A stretch of 64,000 bases of DNA from Octopus bimaculoides (lineage: Eukaryota). Below the pieces are notes generated by a model. That model ran no database searches and was not told where the DNA came from. It was given only the letters and a program-made list of their open reading frames with translations. Positions 1 to 13,457 of this stretch are shown here, in pieces. The stretch covers positions 135,411,388 through 135,475,387 of the forward strand of contig NC_068984.1 of NCBI RefSeq assembly GCF_001194135.2, read 5' to 3'. Both the position numbers and the translations under genes were made by a program. Numbering within the stretch: position 1 is the stretch's first letter; each line of letters begins with the position of its first letter.

Positions 1-136
1 ATAATCCGATAGTCTTCCGTTTCTGCCATTCCACTACTTTATATTTTTTAATAAAATGAAGACTCTCACAGTTACAGTGTCACACACTTTGGCGCAGGAC
101 ATAGTTAATGTGGTCAAAATCAATTAATTTCTTATG

Positions 137-203
137 TCTTATTTTATAGATACAGGAGAGACGGAAGGCTAAGCCGATTCCGACCGGATTTAAATTCAAA
201 ACC
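137..203 (-). mobile_element. Degraded SINE family A fragment
   Basis: The reverse complement loosely matches the GTTCAAATTCC..GTCGACTTTGCCTTTCATCC..GATAAAATAAG core seen in the better copy at 58804-59035. Confidence 0.4.
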
Positions 204-917
204 TAATGTGCAATATTAAGAAATACAAGTCGTACATTCTGTCACAGTTTAAGTTTAATAAAAATTCGCCAATGAACTATACGATACGAAATAAACTCAC
301 ACATTGTACAGCCACATATACATACCTTGTAGGTAATGTGTTAATAAATGAAATCATTGAGTGAATGTACAAATCATTATGATTGGTCAGAGTGTAATAT
401 GCCAGTGTCACTTCCAAGTGAAATATTTATACTTCATTACTAATATGACTTCTTTCCTCACTACCAAATTAATTATTAATGATACTGGAGATATTCAGTT
501 ATTTGGCTAAAGTTATGATTGTTTTATTTAAACGGATGACTTTCGTGTTCATTGATATCAGAATAACTCTTTCACAAACCCATTCATTCATTTAATTTAA
601 GAGAGATACATTTTCCTAATTATTCATCAGGTTCAATACGGTAACTGTTCGAAATATATGACGTTTTTATTCACATTCGGTTCAAATTTTGTTATATGAT
701 TTCATATGTTCTGATATCTTTAAATGATATATGTTGCAGATTGATTCTTTTTATTTATGCCTACTTCTAATTAAAATTATGTCAAAACTGTATGAACGAA
801 TACCACAACTTTTATCGCTTCTTGTCAAGCTGAACGCTGCATTTTTATTACACTTGATCACATGAAGATTACTGGAAACCTTACATAAGTAGAAGATTTC
901 TTTACAATACTGAGCGA

Positions 918-984
918 CTCTACATATATTCATAATGGTCTCTACATATATTGATAATGCAACATATATTAATAATGGTCTCTC
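918..984. repeat. About 22-bp tandem repeat, ~3 copies
   Basis: ACATATATT(C/G/A)ATAATG recurs at about 22-bp spacing. Confidence 0.7.
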
Positions 985-1264
985 AGGGCAAAAAGAAGTC
1001 ATATGAAACGGCGGTTGTGAGTTATTATAATCTCAACATGTTTTGCAAATACTTTCTGCTGTTATTTTAATTAAAATGTGGGTGTGAGTGGGTATTTGTG
1101 TGTATGCATCTATACTCACACACATATTCAAAACGCACTTTTACCTTGTCTCGCGCAACGGGGACGCATTTCATATGCGCACGAAATTATGCACAGGACT
1201 GACGTTCTGTCTCACGCTCTTTCTCTTCCTGTTTGTACATATATACTCACACACACATACATAT

Positions 1265-1730
1265 ATCTCAAGCAACAGTATCTGGACTGGTATGTTTACA
1301 TTTGACAAACGTTTTGATGGGAATATTCCACTAATATTCCTTGAGTTGGTGTTTATGAATGTAGTCCATAACAATGAGATGTTCTGTGTTCATTTCAGTA
1401 TAGTCCTTTTTGCGGATGGCATTGTAAATTGTTTTAGCAACAACATCGTGCCGCATAGGAAAGTAGTACTGTGAAATTTTAGGACAACTGCTAATCACAT
1501 GCATGATGTCTTCTGCAGAAACATGACATAGCCTACATATGCAGTTGCACCTTGGGATTATAAGAGCGTCACTGTCTCTCTTGTTCTCCAGTTTTTTTGT
1601 GGCCATCTCCTATTCCAGGATTGCAATCGCATAGCCTTCAATGTATCATAAGATGTAGTAGTCATGTGTCCAAGAGAACCTGATCTTTGTGTCAATTTTA
1701 CTGTCTTCAATTCGTTTTTTTGGGGTATTC
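1265..1730 (-). mobile_element. R4/Dong-type RLE non-LTR retrotransposon fragment (CCHC knuckle and start of the endonuclease), decayed
   Basis: The minus strand reads IEGYAIAILE*EMATK...CRLCHVSAEDIMHVISSCPKISQYYFPMRHDVVAK...HQLKEY*WNIPIKTFVKCKHTSPD. This is the EG..AIQEQ / CxxC..H..C..RHD / WWN..PD motif order of R4-clade ORFs, with in-frame stops. Confidence 0.85.
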
Positions 1731-2164
1731 TGAGGGCTTTCCACCCAGGTATTCTCAGAAATAAGGGAGCTCAGACACGCCCTAGAACCCGGGTAACCGG
1801 GCCCATGAGCCTGGCTAAGGCTTGAAAATGGGTGCAAGAAGAAGAAGTACACACACATGATGGCAGTTTCCTGAATTTGAAGACTGCATTCTGCTGGCCA
1901 AGATATGATGTTTTATTAATTGATAGTTTTATAATGAGCGTAGTAATTCCATAATCTGTAATTATAAAATTAGAATAATGTTAGTTATATCAGATGGATA
2001 AATGTCACTAAACTAATCATATTACACTCTAAACTTAATCTTTGGTTCAACTGAACGTTAATGTTCTCAGAATTATTGGTAGAATCAACGACTGAATAGA
2101 TATATCATAGCAATTATTATTTCAGCTGTTAGAGGGTGAAAATGACACGACTGTCATTATTAGA

Positions 2165-2306
2165 AGCGGGCAGAATCATGAGCCGGACGAAATCTTAGTA
2201 GCATTTAGGTTCTGAAGTCAAATTCCATGAGACTAACTTTGTCATTCATCCTGTAGGGATGAATGAACTAAATGCCAGTTCAGCACTGTGGTCAATGTAA
2301 TGAACT
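2165..2306 (+). mobile_element. Degraded SINE family A
   Basis: GGCAGAATC..GGACGAAAT.CTTAG..CAAATTCC..CTTTGTCATTCATCC..CACTGTGGTCAATGTAAT, colinear with 58804-59035. Confidence 0.6.
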
Positions 2307-2395
2307 GCCTCAGCTCCACCAAAACAGTACTGTATACTTTTTATATATTTTTTCTGATTTGTAGAAAAAGACTATGAAATAATCTCTAAATTCTT

Positions 2396-2605
2396 TTTAA
2401 TTTTTGCACTCATTTAACTGCAGCCCTGCTGGAACACCGCCTTTAGTCGAACACGTCGACCCCAAGACTTATTCTTTGTAAGCCTAGTACTTATTCTATC
2501 GGTCTGTTTTGCCGAATCACTAAGTTATGGGGACGTAAATACGCCAACATCGGTTGCCAAGAAACGGTGGCGGGGGGTCAAACACAGGCACACAAACATA
2601 TATAT

Positions 2606-2636
<31 letters not shown>

Positions 2637-2793
2637 CGACGGGTTTCTTTCAGTTTCCGTCTACCAAATCCACTCACAAGTCTTTGGTCGGCTCCAGGAT
2701 ATAGTAGAAGATAGTTTCCCAAGGTGCCACGCAGTGGGACTGAACTCAGAACTATATGGTTAGGAAGCAAGCATTTTACCACACAGCCACGCC
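2396..2793 (-). mobile_element. SINE family B (tRNA-like head, CORE-like segment, internal (TA)/(TG) tract), near full length
   Basis: The minus strand starts GGCGTGGCTGTGTGGTAAAATGCTTGC (A-box-like), has GAGTTCAGTCCCA (B-box-like) and GGCACCTTGGGAAAC, and ends in an A-rich tail. It is colinear with 35663-36018. Confidence 0.85.
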
Positions 2794-3304
2794 ATAATCT
2801 AAACATTTTTTCATAAAAAGAGAGTGATTCATATTACAATTCACAAATTAATCCTACTCGTTCCAAAAATTACAACTGGCTATGGGAAGTAAGCAATATA
2901 TATTTAAAACATTGAAAATCAGGTTAAAACCACTGATTACAATGGGTAGATTTTTTTTACGTCAGTGAACAGCACTCTTCTCGAACACCGATTTTAAAGC
3001 CTGAAATCGAAATAATGTTATATATAGATAAAAATAGTCTTTTATGTAGGTGAAAGGTAAATATGATTCACAGTTGTATATTAAGAATTTTAATCAAATT
3101 GTTGTTCTATTTTTATGAAAACATAATGATAGAGTAAATTGTTGCAGAGAAAATGAAGTCGTCCGAAAGAGTTCTAGATAAATTTGTTCTGTAGGTTTAA
3201 AATATTTCTATGGGTGTATTTTAACTTGAATTTCCTATGCATCTTGGATGACTAGTGTTTATTGTGATGACATGTAGCAATATATGTCTCCTTATTTTCA
3301 ATAG

Positions 3305-3362
3305 AAAGCGGAGAATGTTAATACATATAGTTCAATTCCTGGGAGATGGTTTAGCGAATACG
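3305..3362 (+). CDS. Candidate internal exon (KAENVNTYSSIPGRWFSEY), unidentified
   Basis: Acceptor TCTCCTTATTTTCAATAG, donor ACG|GTAATT, 58 nt, open in phase 0->1. The phase is compatible with the candidate exon at 5105. No family recognised. Confidence 0.25.
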
Positions 3363-5104
3363 GTAATTTTATAAAACATATTAACCAGATGTTGGTATAC
3401 ACAATTTTATGACATCGACTTATTGTCTTGCACCTTTGAAGAATTTTTGTAGAAAGAAAATCAGCAGTAAAAACAAGAAATTGCGATGATAAATTCACCA
3501 AGCCACCAAGGAGAGAATAATACATTAAGGTTAGTTGTATCATGAATTAACCTAATTTTAATGCCTGAACGAACGAAATTAAAAGTAGAAAACAAAGTTG
3601 GAAAACAATTCGAAGAAAAGTTAGAAGCAGTTGTAGAGATAGGTAAAGAACTTTAGCGTTTACATAAAAGTTCCACTGATGCATCTCTGTGTGTTTGTGT
3701 GTGTGTGTGTGCATGAGTGTATATGTGCGCCCACATCATGCGAGCATGAATCGCGGTCGGCTCTCAGATCCACAAACACTCAATGGCCGATAACTTTGAA
3801 GCAGTAGAAGCATTACACGCCCCTTTCACAATAAAACACGGTCATATCGGTAAACCATTGTTATTTTCTGATTACTCTTGCAAGCGTGTCTATATTTGTA
3901 GTGGCATCTGTCCCTCGAAATTCAGAACTTGATTATGCTGTACTGTTTTATGGCTTCGCTATCATACGTTGCCTTGATGTGAGGGTAATACACTTGACAT
4001 TTATAGTGCAAGTTTATAATCGATGGTCTAAGGATATTACAAATTTATGGCTCTGCATATATATATATATATAAGANNNNNNNNNNTATATATATATATA
4101 TATATAATACATAGATATAAAAAATACACATATATACATATAAATCTATTTATATACGTACATACACGCACCCATGGAGACATGCACCGTTAGTATATAT
4201 TTATATAAATGTGTGTGTGTCTCTGTGTGTGTGCCAATGTGAAACTAAGCATCTTCACTGTGATATAAGTTCTTTGTTCGACTAGTCACACTAATTATTA
4301 TCTAAAAATAGATATATTTACTATACGTGACATCGTTATTTCTTGTTAGCCAGACAAATCAAGGAGAAAGAACAAATATGAAGGAACGATAGTTAAAAGA
4401 ATATGACTGACTATTTTGATATGCGCGTGTAGAATATGCATAATATAAGCAAAGCAGACGAAATGAGATTGTGTATATATACTCGCATATATGCGTGTGT
4501 ATGTATGTATTTACACGTATTTATACTTATGATCGTATTTACACGACATTGCTTTTGTTCATGAAGCATATACTTATGGGTTTGTATCTGTAAACAAAAG
4601 GGAATGAAACTAAATAGAAAATAAATATTACACGACATCGTTATTATATTTATATTAGTTTAATTATTTAGAACCGCTCTTCTATAATTCAATTCATTGA
4701 TTCACAAATCAATTTTCTTGGCACACTTATAAATCTCCTTAATTTAACCGTTAGAGTTGTTCCGGAAGAAATTTGATTTTGTCGCATCCTTTATATGCTT
4801 AATTCAATTTCATTCCTAATGTTTCTTCATAAAATTTAATTCAAGAAACTTTGAGGTTTTTAATTTGATGCTGTATTAATTGTCATTGTTTTAAATTTAT
4901 TCTTGTTTATTCAGACGTATCACTTTTATGGAAGCCCTGTTCAATTTATGTAGTTATATTTTGAAGTGTTTTATATTTGACTAGATTAAATGTGTATTTA
5001 AAAGCAAAAGTACTAGTTCGATAAAGTGCCTTTCCTACGTCGTTTCTGTGAGATGTATATTGATGAGTTCCTTTTACGTTAACAATTATTTGTTACATAA
5101 ACAG

Positions 5105-5289
5105 GAAGACCCCAGATTTGTGAACGAGAAATGACGATTATAGCAACCAAGTACTTACAAGACTGGAACTTTCTTTTCCCCAACTCCGGAATGAATGTAA
5201 CCAAACCAAGACTCGACCGGATGTTAATTCAGAACTTTGAAAGCCGGAACATATCGCAAGTCATTTCTCAGAGGTTACCGATTCTATAA
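5105..5289 (+). CDS. Candidate terminal exon (RPQICEREMTIIATKYLQDWNFLFPNSGMNVTKPRLDRMLIQNFESRNISQVISQRLPIL*), unidentified
   Basis: Follows ..TTACATAAACAG, about 61 open codons in phase 1, GC above the flanks. An open frame of this length can also arise by chance. Confidence 0.25.
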
Positions 5290-5580
5290 GTTCATCGCTT
5301 TTCTTTTTTACAAAATGACAAGCAGTAGACAATGTAATATTTTGCCGCATACTGTTTCATTGTATCTTATTGAAAAGCCCAGTGTTCGTTTAACTGGAAC
5401 TGCACTTATCGTTTGTATTAAGATGGTTTATATTATTCGTAACTTACTTGATGGTGAAAAAGACACAGCGACCAACCCTAAAAACGAACTTAAATCCAAT
5501 CGAGTACTGCTTCAGCGTTTGGAGGATAATGGTCGAAGTACTTACTTAACTGGTGTGGTATATTTTACATATAGCAACAT

Positions 5581-5785
5581 AAGGCGGCCGTTAGCACACC
5601 TGGGGAAATGCTTACCATTTTTTCGCCAGTCGTTACGTTATGAGCTCAAATTCAGCCGAGGTTGACCTCACCTTTCATCCCTTCTGGGTCGATTAAATAA
5701 GTAGCGGTTACGCACTGGGGTTAATGTAATCCACTTAATTCCCTCCCCAAAACTGCCTTTGTGATAATAACTTGAAATCATTATG
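5581..5785 (+). mobile_element. SINE family A
   Basis: GGCGGCCGTTAGCAC..GAAATGCTTA..CAAATTCAGCCGAGGTTGAC..CCTTTCATCCC..GGGTCGATTAAATAAGTA..ACGCACTGGGG. Confidence 0.8.
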
Positions 5786-8309
5786 CATATAGCAACGTGT
5801 GCCACAGTTTTAGCTTGTCTAAATGAAGTAGTCAGTAGGTAATTGTACGGGTCCTGGCGATATTCAGATGCAAAAGTTATACAAAGGGAACATTTAATAC
5901 ATCAAACGAATGCGTACATATATACGATCGGTTTTCTTCCACAACAATCACGTTTATTCCTGGTGCAGATTCCTCACAACTATAGACATTGTCTCCTGAA
6001 TTGTATTTCTACGGAACAGACAGTCGTGTGCATTTGGTCATAAAATAGGCCGAAAACATACCAAAATCAATGCAAACCTGTTGTCTCCAAATGAAATTTA
6101 CAGCGTTGCGAAAATTCACCAGCAAGTCCTTTTGTGACAAATGAATTAAAATTAGTTTTTGGTCTGCTGCAAATCTGTCTCTAACGAAATAAATAAATAT
6201 AACAAATAACTTGAAAAAGATTATTATCTGAAATATTGAAGTGAATTACATTTTCTAATATTTGGAACAAAGTTTCCTTTTTATTTTCATATAATCGTAT
6301 TTGTATATCGTTCTGGCAGCATTGTATTACCGTAAGTCTATGTTAAAATATTTAGTTTGTGTTAAAATCTATATTAAATTCACATATATTTCATTTATTT
6401 TGTCACATGGATTCTGTTGCTTCACTGCTGTATTCTAAGTTGCCTTAGTAAATCATGTTCTAGATTAATATTTCTATGTAACTTTGCTGATCTATTACTT
6501 TTATGAATTAATTTACAATTGCATCAAGTTTAAAGAGCATCACCAACTCAGACGTATTCGCCTATATGTTGACAGTTAAACTACCAGTGAATATCTAACT
6601 GTTTGCACTCACATGGAAAGGTTAGGATAAACGACATTGCAATAACATATATTTTCGTAATCACTTGTGTTATTTGTAAGTATATTATTTTCCGTAATAT
6701 CAGTTGAATGATGAATGATTAAACTTTTCTTCTATAACATTAATACGTTATCTCAGAAATACATGCATATACGTATATATATATATATATATATNNNNNN
6801 NNNNNNNNNNNNNNNNNNNNNNNNNNNNNNNNNNNNNNNNNNNNNNNNNNNNNNNNNNNNNNNNNNNNNNNNNNNNNNNNNNNNNNNNNNNNNNNNNNNN
6901 NNNNNNNNNNNNNNNNNNNNNNNNNNNNNNNNNNNNNNNNNNNNNNNNNNNNNNNNNNNNNNNNNNNNNNNNNNNNNNNNNNNNNNNNNNNNNNNNNNNN
7001 NNNNNNNNNNNNNNNNNNNNNNNNNNNNNNNNNNNNNNNNNNNNNNNNNNNNNNNNNNNNNNNNNNNNNNNNNNNNNNNNNNNNNNNNNNNNNNNNNNNN
7101 NNNNNNNNNNNNNNNTATATATATACATATATATATAATAATTATGCAATAATATATGCAATAATTATAACGATAGGGAATATGTAGACTGGTACAACCT
7201 TAAAATTTATTTTCTTTTATCTTACAAAGCCATACCAACATACTTTAACGTTTACGTCGATTATACGTCTTTCCACTGCATCGGCAGGTGCTCATGTAAC
7301 CGGGCATAATTTTCTCTGGAGCTTCATTGAGCCTCCTTCAATAATATTGATCACCGCACCATAGAAATATGATGTTTGACATTGCAAGATAAAAGGAAAC
7401 ATATTTTGAGGATTGCCATCTCCAACTCTATCGTTATAATTATTGCTAATGTACACTCTAGATAACAGTATCATCTACTGAAGCGAAAACTGAATTACCC
7501 ATCGGAGGAATTTACAGCGTGAGTGACAACTCCTAGTAGCCATAGACGTTAAATACTAAACGATGTCGTTAGCCGTAATCTGGAACATTGCTGAGAGCTA
7601 CCACGGTATCCGCACGCATAATATATCCTTCTAGACTTATACGTACGTACCTAAATATATGCATGCACAAATATAAATATATAAATATATGAATATATAT
7701 TGCAAGAAAAGGGAGGTAAAGGAGTTTGATTATCCCCACGTGGTGGGTTGTAAAGCAAACAAGTTGTATATAATAAAAGAAGGAAAATGCACACAGTTTA
7801 CATAGATTTAATATATTTTAAATAGAAGAGTACTGTGGTTCTCGACCTGTTTCACTTTCGCTAATCATGACATTGAAAATGTTGTAATTCCGTATATTTT
7901 TTAAAGAAGATTTTAGTCCATGTTCCTGTATGAAAGTTTGTAAATGAATCAACAAGAAGAATATCTGAGGAGAGGTAATCGGTTATTACTCGAGACTTCG
8001 GAGGTAATTGCTCATTTTTGGCGTGGGATATATAAACATACAAATAATCATAAGCTAAATTATTGAGATGAAATATTTACAGTGATGGATACAGCATCAT
8101 GAATTAAAATATACATTGAGACTAAACTTGGTTATGCGTTCATATTTAGGCATGTTCTGTATTTTTCGATAACTAAATTTTCTTTATTTAAACTTTCTTG
8201 TACAGAAATCGATTTCTTTGCACTGGTAGATGGGCGGAAAACAGTTAAATTTGGTAGGAGCTTCACTACACATCTCTCTATGCGTTCGATCAACAGAATC
8301 GTTCATCCA

Positions 8310-9270
8310 TCGCTATTTTGGCTCGCGCGAGCACACTCCCAATAAAATTGTTACGTTAACGAAATTTCCAAAAGCAACAGTTTACCACGTGTATAAGCAA
8401 TTTAAAGAAGAGGGAAAGCTGACAGAGAAGAACACGAGATTTGAAGTGATTCGAAGCGCAATCCAAAGTTTCTCTCTGGCCTCAAACGCTCGATTGAAAC
8501 CAACCCGACCACATCAATGACATCTCTGGCAAAGAAACGTAATGTATCCCTTTTCATGATGTCCAGAGCTGTGAACAAGGAGCCCTGGCATTGCTAGCGA
8601 TGTTCAACGTCGCCGTCACCTCCTAACAGGCAGGATGCCCAAAGCTTGTGCCATTCATCAAGCATCAACGTGTAGGAAAAACTCTCGTGTTTGTGGAAGA
8701 GAAGTTCACGATGGACGCTGAAGTTAATCGCAGAAATTCTCGAGTCATTGCATACAACCCTTCTGACCTCCCACCAGCGTTTGAGACTAAGAATCTTACC
8801 TCTGTGATGATATTTGGAGCCTTGGCGAATGATAGAAATGTCATGGAACCACACTTTATTGTGTCTGGCTTGAAGATCAGCGCAGAAGAGTATATGTGAA
8901 TTCTGAAGAAATCTCTTACTTTGGATGGAGTAGAAGTTTGGGCTTGACATTGTGGGACTTATCCAAGATTCTGCACCATGCCATAGGTCAATAGCAACAA
9001 AGGTCTCCCTTGGTGAGGAGGTGCCATTTTTGGTGAGGACCAACATCTGGCTCAGAAGTAGCCCAGATCTAAACCTTCTCGATTATATTTTATGTGGCGT
9101 ACTTTATGCAAGAACCAATACTTCAGCCCACAAGTGTGTCAGCACTTTGAAACCTTGATCATGCGTGCGACACGCGAAATCAAAATGGTGGAGTTTGCGG
9201 CAGTTGCAAAAAACATTCGTCCTTGTGTGGAGCCAGTAATTTCCCAAAAGGGCGGCTACAGTGAGCGATG
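8310..9270 (+). mobile_element. Tc1/mariner DD37D (maT-type) transposase remnant, frameshifted
   Basis: HTH-like PKATVYHVYKQF, then EEKFTMDAEVNRRNSRV and VMIFGALA..EPHF..GLKISAEEY. QDSAPCH..W..SSPDLNLLD has 37 residues between the second and third Asp. The C-terminus reads VISQKGGYSE. The motifs are spread over several frames. Confidence 0.9.
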
Positions 9271-9386
9271 CTTTTGTTTCTATAAATGTTACATTAAACT
9301 TATATGTGTCTACTACCTTCATTTTAGTATTTATAACCATCTGCAAGAGCGTGTATATGAATGTATGTATGTATGCACACACACAC

Positions 9387-9424
<38 letters not shown>

Positions 9425-10687
9425 GCAGACATATATATGAATATATACACAATCGATTATCGACACCTATGAAATATGTTATTGCAGTATTTATGAACCA
9501 CCAGTGTAGTATAACTGATTAATTATGAATACTTTGCTCTTTGCTATTATGATAAATGCTTCGATTAATTATAACAGAATGTTAATATCAAGAGATACTA
9601 AAAGCGATTAGACGTTCTTATGATGAATGTTATTTTCTGTATGCTTCAATTTAAAATGTATTAATTGATATATTTAAACATTCTATTTTAATGGTATAGA
9701 TTTGTGTTTCAATTGCAAATAGAATTTCAATCATCCTTTGAGGAAATACAAAACTGAAAGTTGCGAAGATAAACTAAAAAGTGAGTATTTGTAAGATTAA
9801 TAAGCTTCAGATTTGAATAAGTAACAATAGAAGAGATCCTAGATTTAAGCAACGAAATCCATTGAATGAGGCAGCTTTTGTTCAAAAGAGAATTCATTTG
9901 AAATGTACCGGAAATTAAGAAGGAAATTCGAATATAATCGTAAATGTCATTTTCCTTTCCCTTCAGTTCTAATATAACCTCGAATGAAGACTACTGATAT
10001 CAATATAGTCAAAATGATTTACTAATAATAGTATAAGTCGAAATATTCAGTGATTTTAATAAATTCATGACACCATGAAAGGAACTTTACAGCAATAGTT
10101 GTCTCGTACGGTGTAGTAAGTTGTAAATTCCATTGCTGAGGAAATAGACAGGAAACTATGAGCTAATTTTCCATAAATCAAACGTATCTTTTTAATATTA
10201 CAATCTCAAATGAGCCAGCAAGTGTTCAAAACAAAGCTTCATACAGAAGATTGACTAAATAGGGAAGTTTACGCAAATCTGTCTTCAATAATTTGAGGAG
10301 TTTTTATTTCATGGAAATGGATCAGATTTCAATTCTAGAAAATGTAGATTCGCTCATAGGGAACCCATACACGTTTTTAATGTTACACTGGTATACAATA
10401 CCAAACGTATTGATAGATATGTCCATTAATTGCTAAAAACTGCATAAAAAGAACGGTGTGTAACTACACAACGCTTAATATAGATCTGTATTACGCCTGC
10501 GATCTTTTAGGAAAGCTGAACGCGAGTTGCGGATGTTATGTCACAGGTCATATAGAACCCACTACAATAACTTGTGTAGAACACATTGGGCATTGAGGAA
10601 CATGCACAACAGTATAATAAATTCATATTCATAGATATATATTTGCGAGTTATAGACTGGCGGGATTCTAGGCAATGAATGCTCATA

Positions 10688-10730
<43 letters not shown>

Positions 10731-11628
10731 GTATGCATGTATGTATGTATATATGTATGTATGTATATATGTATATATATATATANNNNNNNNNNNNNNN
10801 NNNNNNNNNNNNNNNNNNNNNNNNNNNNNNNNNNNNNNNNNNNNNNNNNNNNNNNNNNNNNNNNNNNNNNNNNNNNNNNNNNNNNNNNNNNNNNNNNNNN
10901 NNNNNNNNNNNNNNNNNNNNNNNNNNNNNNNNNNNNNNNNNNNNNNNNNNNNNNNNNNNNNNNNNNNNNNNNNNNNNNNNNNNNNNNNNNNNNNNNNNNN
11001 NNNNNNNNNNNNNNNNNNNNNNNNNNNNNNNNNNNNNNNNNNNNNNNNNNNNNNNNNNNNNNNNNNNNNNNNNNNNNNNNNNNNNNNNNNNNNNNNNNNN
11101 NNNNNNNNNNNNNNNNNNNNNNNNNNNNNNNNNNNNNNNNNNNNNNNNNNNNNNNNNNNNNNNNNNNNNNNNNNNNNNNNNNNNNNNNNNNNNNNNNNNN
11201 NNNNNNNNNNNNNNNNNNNNNNNNNNNNNNNNNNNNNNNNNNNNNNNNNNNNNNNNNNNNNNNNNNNNNNNNNNNNNNNNNNNNNNNNNNNNNNNNNNNN
11301 NNNNNNNNNNNNNNNNNNNNNNNNNNNNNNNNNNNNNNNNNNNNNNNNNNNNNNNNNNNNNNNNNNNNNNNNNNNNNNNNNNNNNNNNNNNNNNNNNNNN
11401 NNNNNNNNNNNNNNNNNNNNNNNNNNNNNNNNNNNNNNNNNNNNNNNNNNNNNNNNNNNNNNNNNNNNNNNNNNNNNNNNNNNNNNNNNNNNNNNNNNNN
11501 NNNNNNNNNNNNNNNNNNNNNNNNNNNNNNNNNNNNNNNNNNNNNNNNNNNNNNNNNNNNNNNNNNNNNNNNNNNNNNNNNNNNNNNNNNNNNNNNNNNN
11601 NNNNNNNNNNNNNNNNNNNNNNNNNNNN

Positions 11629-11690
11629 AAGAGCGCGGGCTACTAACCCCAAGGTTCCGAGTTCGATTCACGGCAGTGACCTGATTAATA

Positions 11691-11726
<36 letters not shown>

Positions 11727-11884
11727 TAATAATAGTAACATCGTTAGGAATGAGAACCCAGGTTCGAAATTTCCCCAAGACACCTGACGAAGGCTGGAGG
11801 GTATATCAGCCGAAACGTTGTGTTGACAACAAACAAGATGAGGACAAATATCCGTCAAATGTAAATAATGTAAATAATGTAAAC
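11629..11884 (+). mobile_element. SINE family D copy 1: tRNA-like head, (AAT)n, hammerhead-bearing 3' module, (AATGTAAAT)n tail; 5' end lost in the gap
   Basis: GGG-CTACTAA-CCC arm and GAGTTCGATTC B-box, then (AAT)n. The 3' module is about 90% identical to 15480-15620. Confidence 0.85.
11779..11824 (+). ncRNA. Minimal type I hammerhead ribozyme motif (Penelope-type), intact core
   Basis: Stem I GACAC(11779-83)/GTGTT(11820-24); core CTGACGA(11784-90) plus one extra A; stem II GGCTG(11792-96)/CAGCC(11807-11); GAAA(11812-15); CG; UH = TT(11818-19). Predicted cleavage is after 11819. Confidence 0.7.
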
Positions 11885-13457
11885 AAAACTTATATACATC
11901 ATCTCTCCAAAGTGTTTTTGGAATATGAGTCCATTAGAGACCGTGATATCTAACCACCGACTCTGAGATACTTTGCCTCACTTCTCTTTTTACTTTGTAT
12001 TTGCTTGCTGAGACACATCTTTGATCAACCCAAACTACCTAATGTAGCTCTTTCACTCACTTCATTCCTTGAAGCATCACTCAATAGTTCCCTTTATCAT
12101 TCTAGCCTACTTCCTAATCAGCCACGCGGATCTCTCTAAGCTTTATATTTTTCATGCGAATATTTAGCTATGTGCTATTAACTAAAAACATACGCCACAT
12201 TAGACCTAAAGCGTTTAAACAATGAATATGGTTCATGTCTCTAGAACGGATGAACGTCTTCAAAAGCATTTCTTTAGGATGTCTTTGTATTTTGTTATTT
12301 CCTTACACTCTAAGGAATCAGATTATATCTTATATCTCAAGAGAAAATTGAAATATATAAATACATTAATTCTATTATTTATTTCTGAAATACATTCAAT
12401 GGTTGAATGTGTCACATTCTTGTTCTAATACAAAAATATATATGCGCAAAATAATTTAATAGGATGTTTTCCCAAATATAATATAATTGTTAAGACACAT
12501 TATCAGACATATTGTATCAAATTTGATATGATTTCATACAGAGGACAAATATCATATCATTTGTAAGCAAAAATTAATTTTAATATCAAGTAATGTAAAT
12601 ATATTAGAAATACATGTCGGAACAAACTGATGTTTTGTTTCACAATAACTTTATGTTTTGCTAATATATTTGTCAAAGCTTATTACTTATAAATTACAAA
12701 TATTTTATAAGACGAGAAATTCCATTTTTAAGCAAATTCTTCATAAAATGTAAATGCTATTTCTTATTGCATCGCTGTATCCTTTAAGTAAATAGTAATT
12801 TTTAAAGAGTTGTATTTCAAAATCACTGTTTTATTGCATGCAATCACGCCATATTTATTTATCTGTTTACTCATTCGTTCATTTATAATGACAATATATT
12901 TTTTGGTGTTTGATAATGCAATAAATCTAGTAATAACTAGACATGCAGGACTATTGACTTTGAGATAATGTTTATCTAAGCTTAACAATATTAACATGTG
13001 AGATAAAAGCTAGAAGCAGAATATGCAGTATTATATTATACAGCATTATTACTGCCTGTGGCAAATATGTGTTATTATGCAACGTATCAATGAAAAGATG
13101 CTTGGAGAAATTCAAGAATTGTTAAATAATCACATTCAGTAAGCGTAGAAAAGATAATGAAATATGATCTCTTGATCCTTCAGGCCAATACAACAGTTAC
13201 ACTTTTCTCTTGAACTTTTAAGACTACACGCAATTATTGGACTTAAAGTTCAAGACAGTGATTTTTGTTTGAAGACATATACCTAATAGTCTCAAGAATC
13301 TTTTCATTCACCGCCTTTTTGTAGTTTCTGCTAAAATTGTCGACATCCACTTTCTCATCTTAAACATCATCATCAAAGCCTTTGTCGCCATCGTCGTCAT
13401 CATCGTCATCGTCGGCATCGTCGTCGATGTTATTAATATAATAATTATTATAATTCA

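Noticed and set aside
5237-5665. 142-aa plus-strand ORF
   Set aside because: No recognisable motif, the last part is SINE A sequence, and it overlaps the candidate exon in a different frame.
9723-10600. Exon pair 9723-9780 plus about 10510 (NFNHPLRKYKTESCEDKLK-R-KLNASCGCYVTGH..)
   Set aside because: The donor is good, but the second segment is open in two frames, stops early and shows no homology. It cannot be distinguished from chance.
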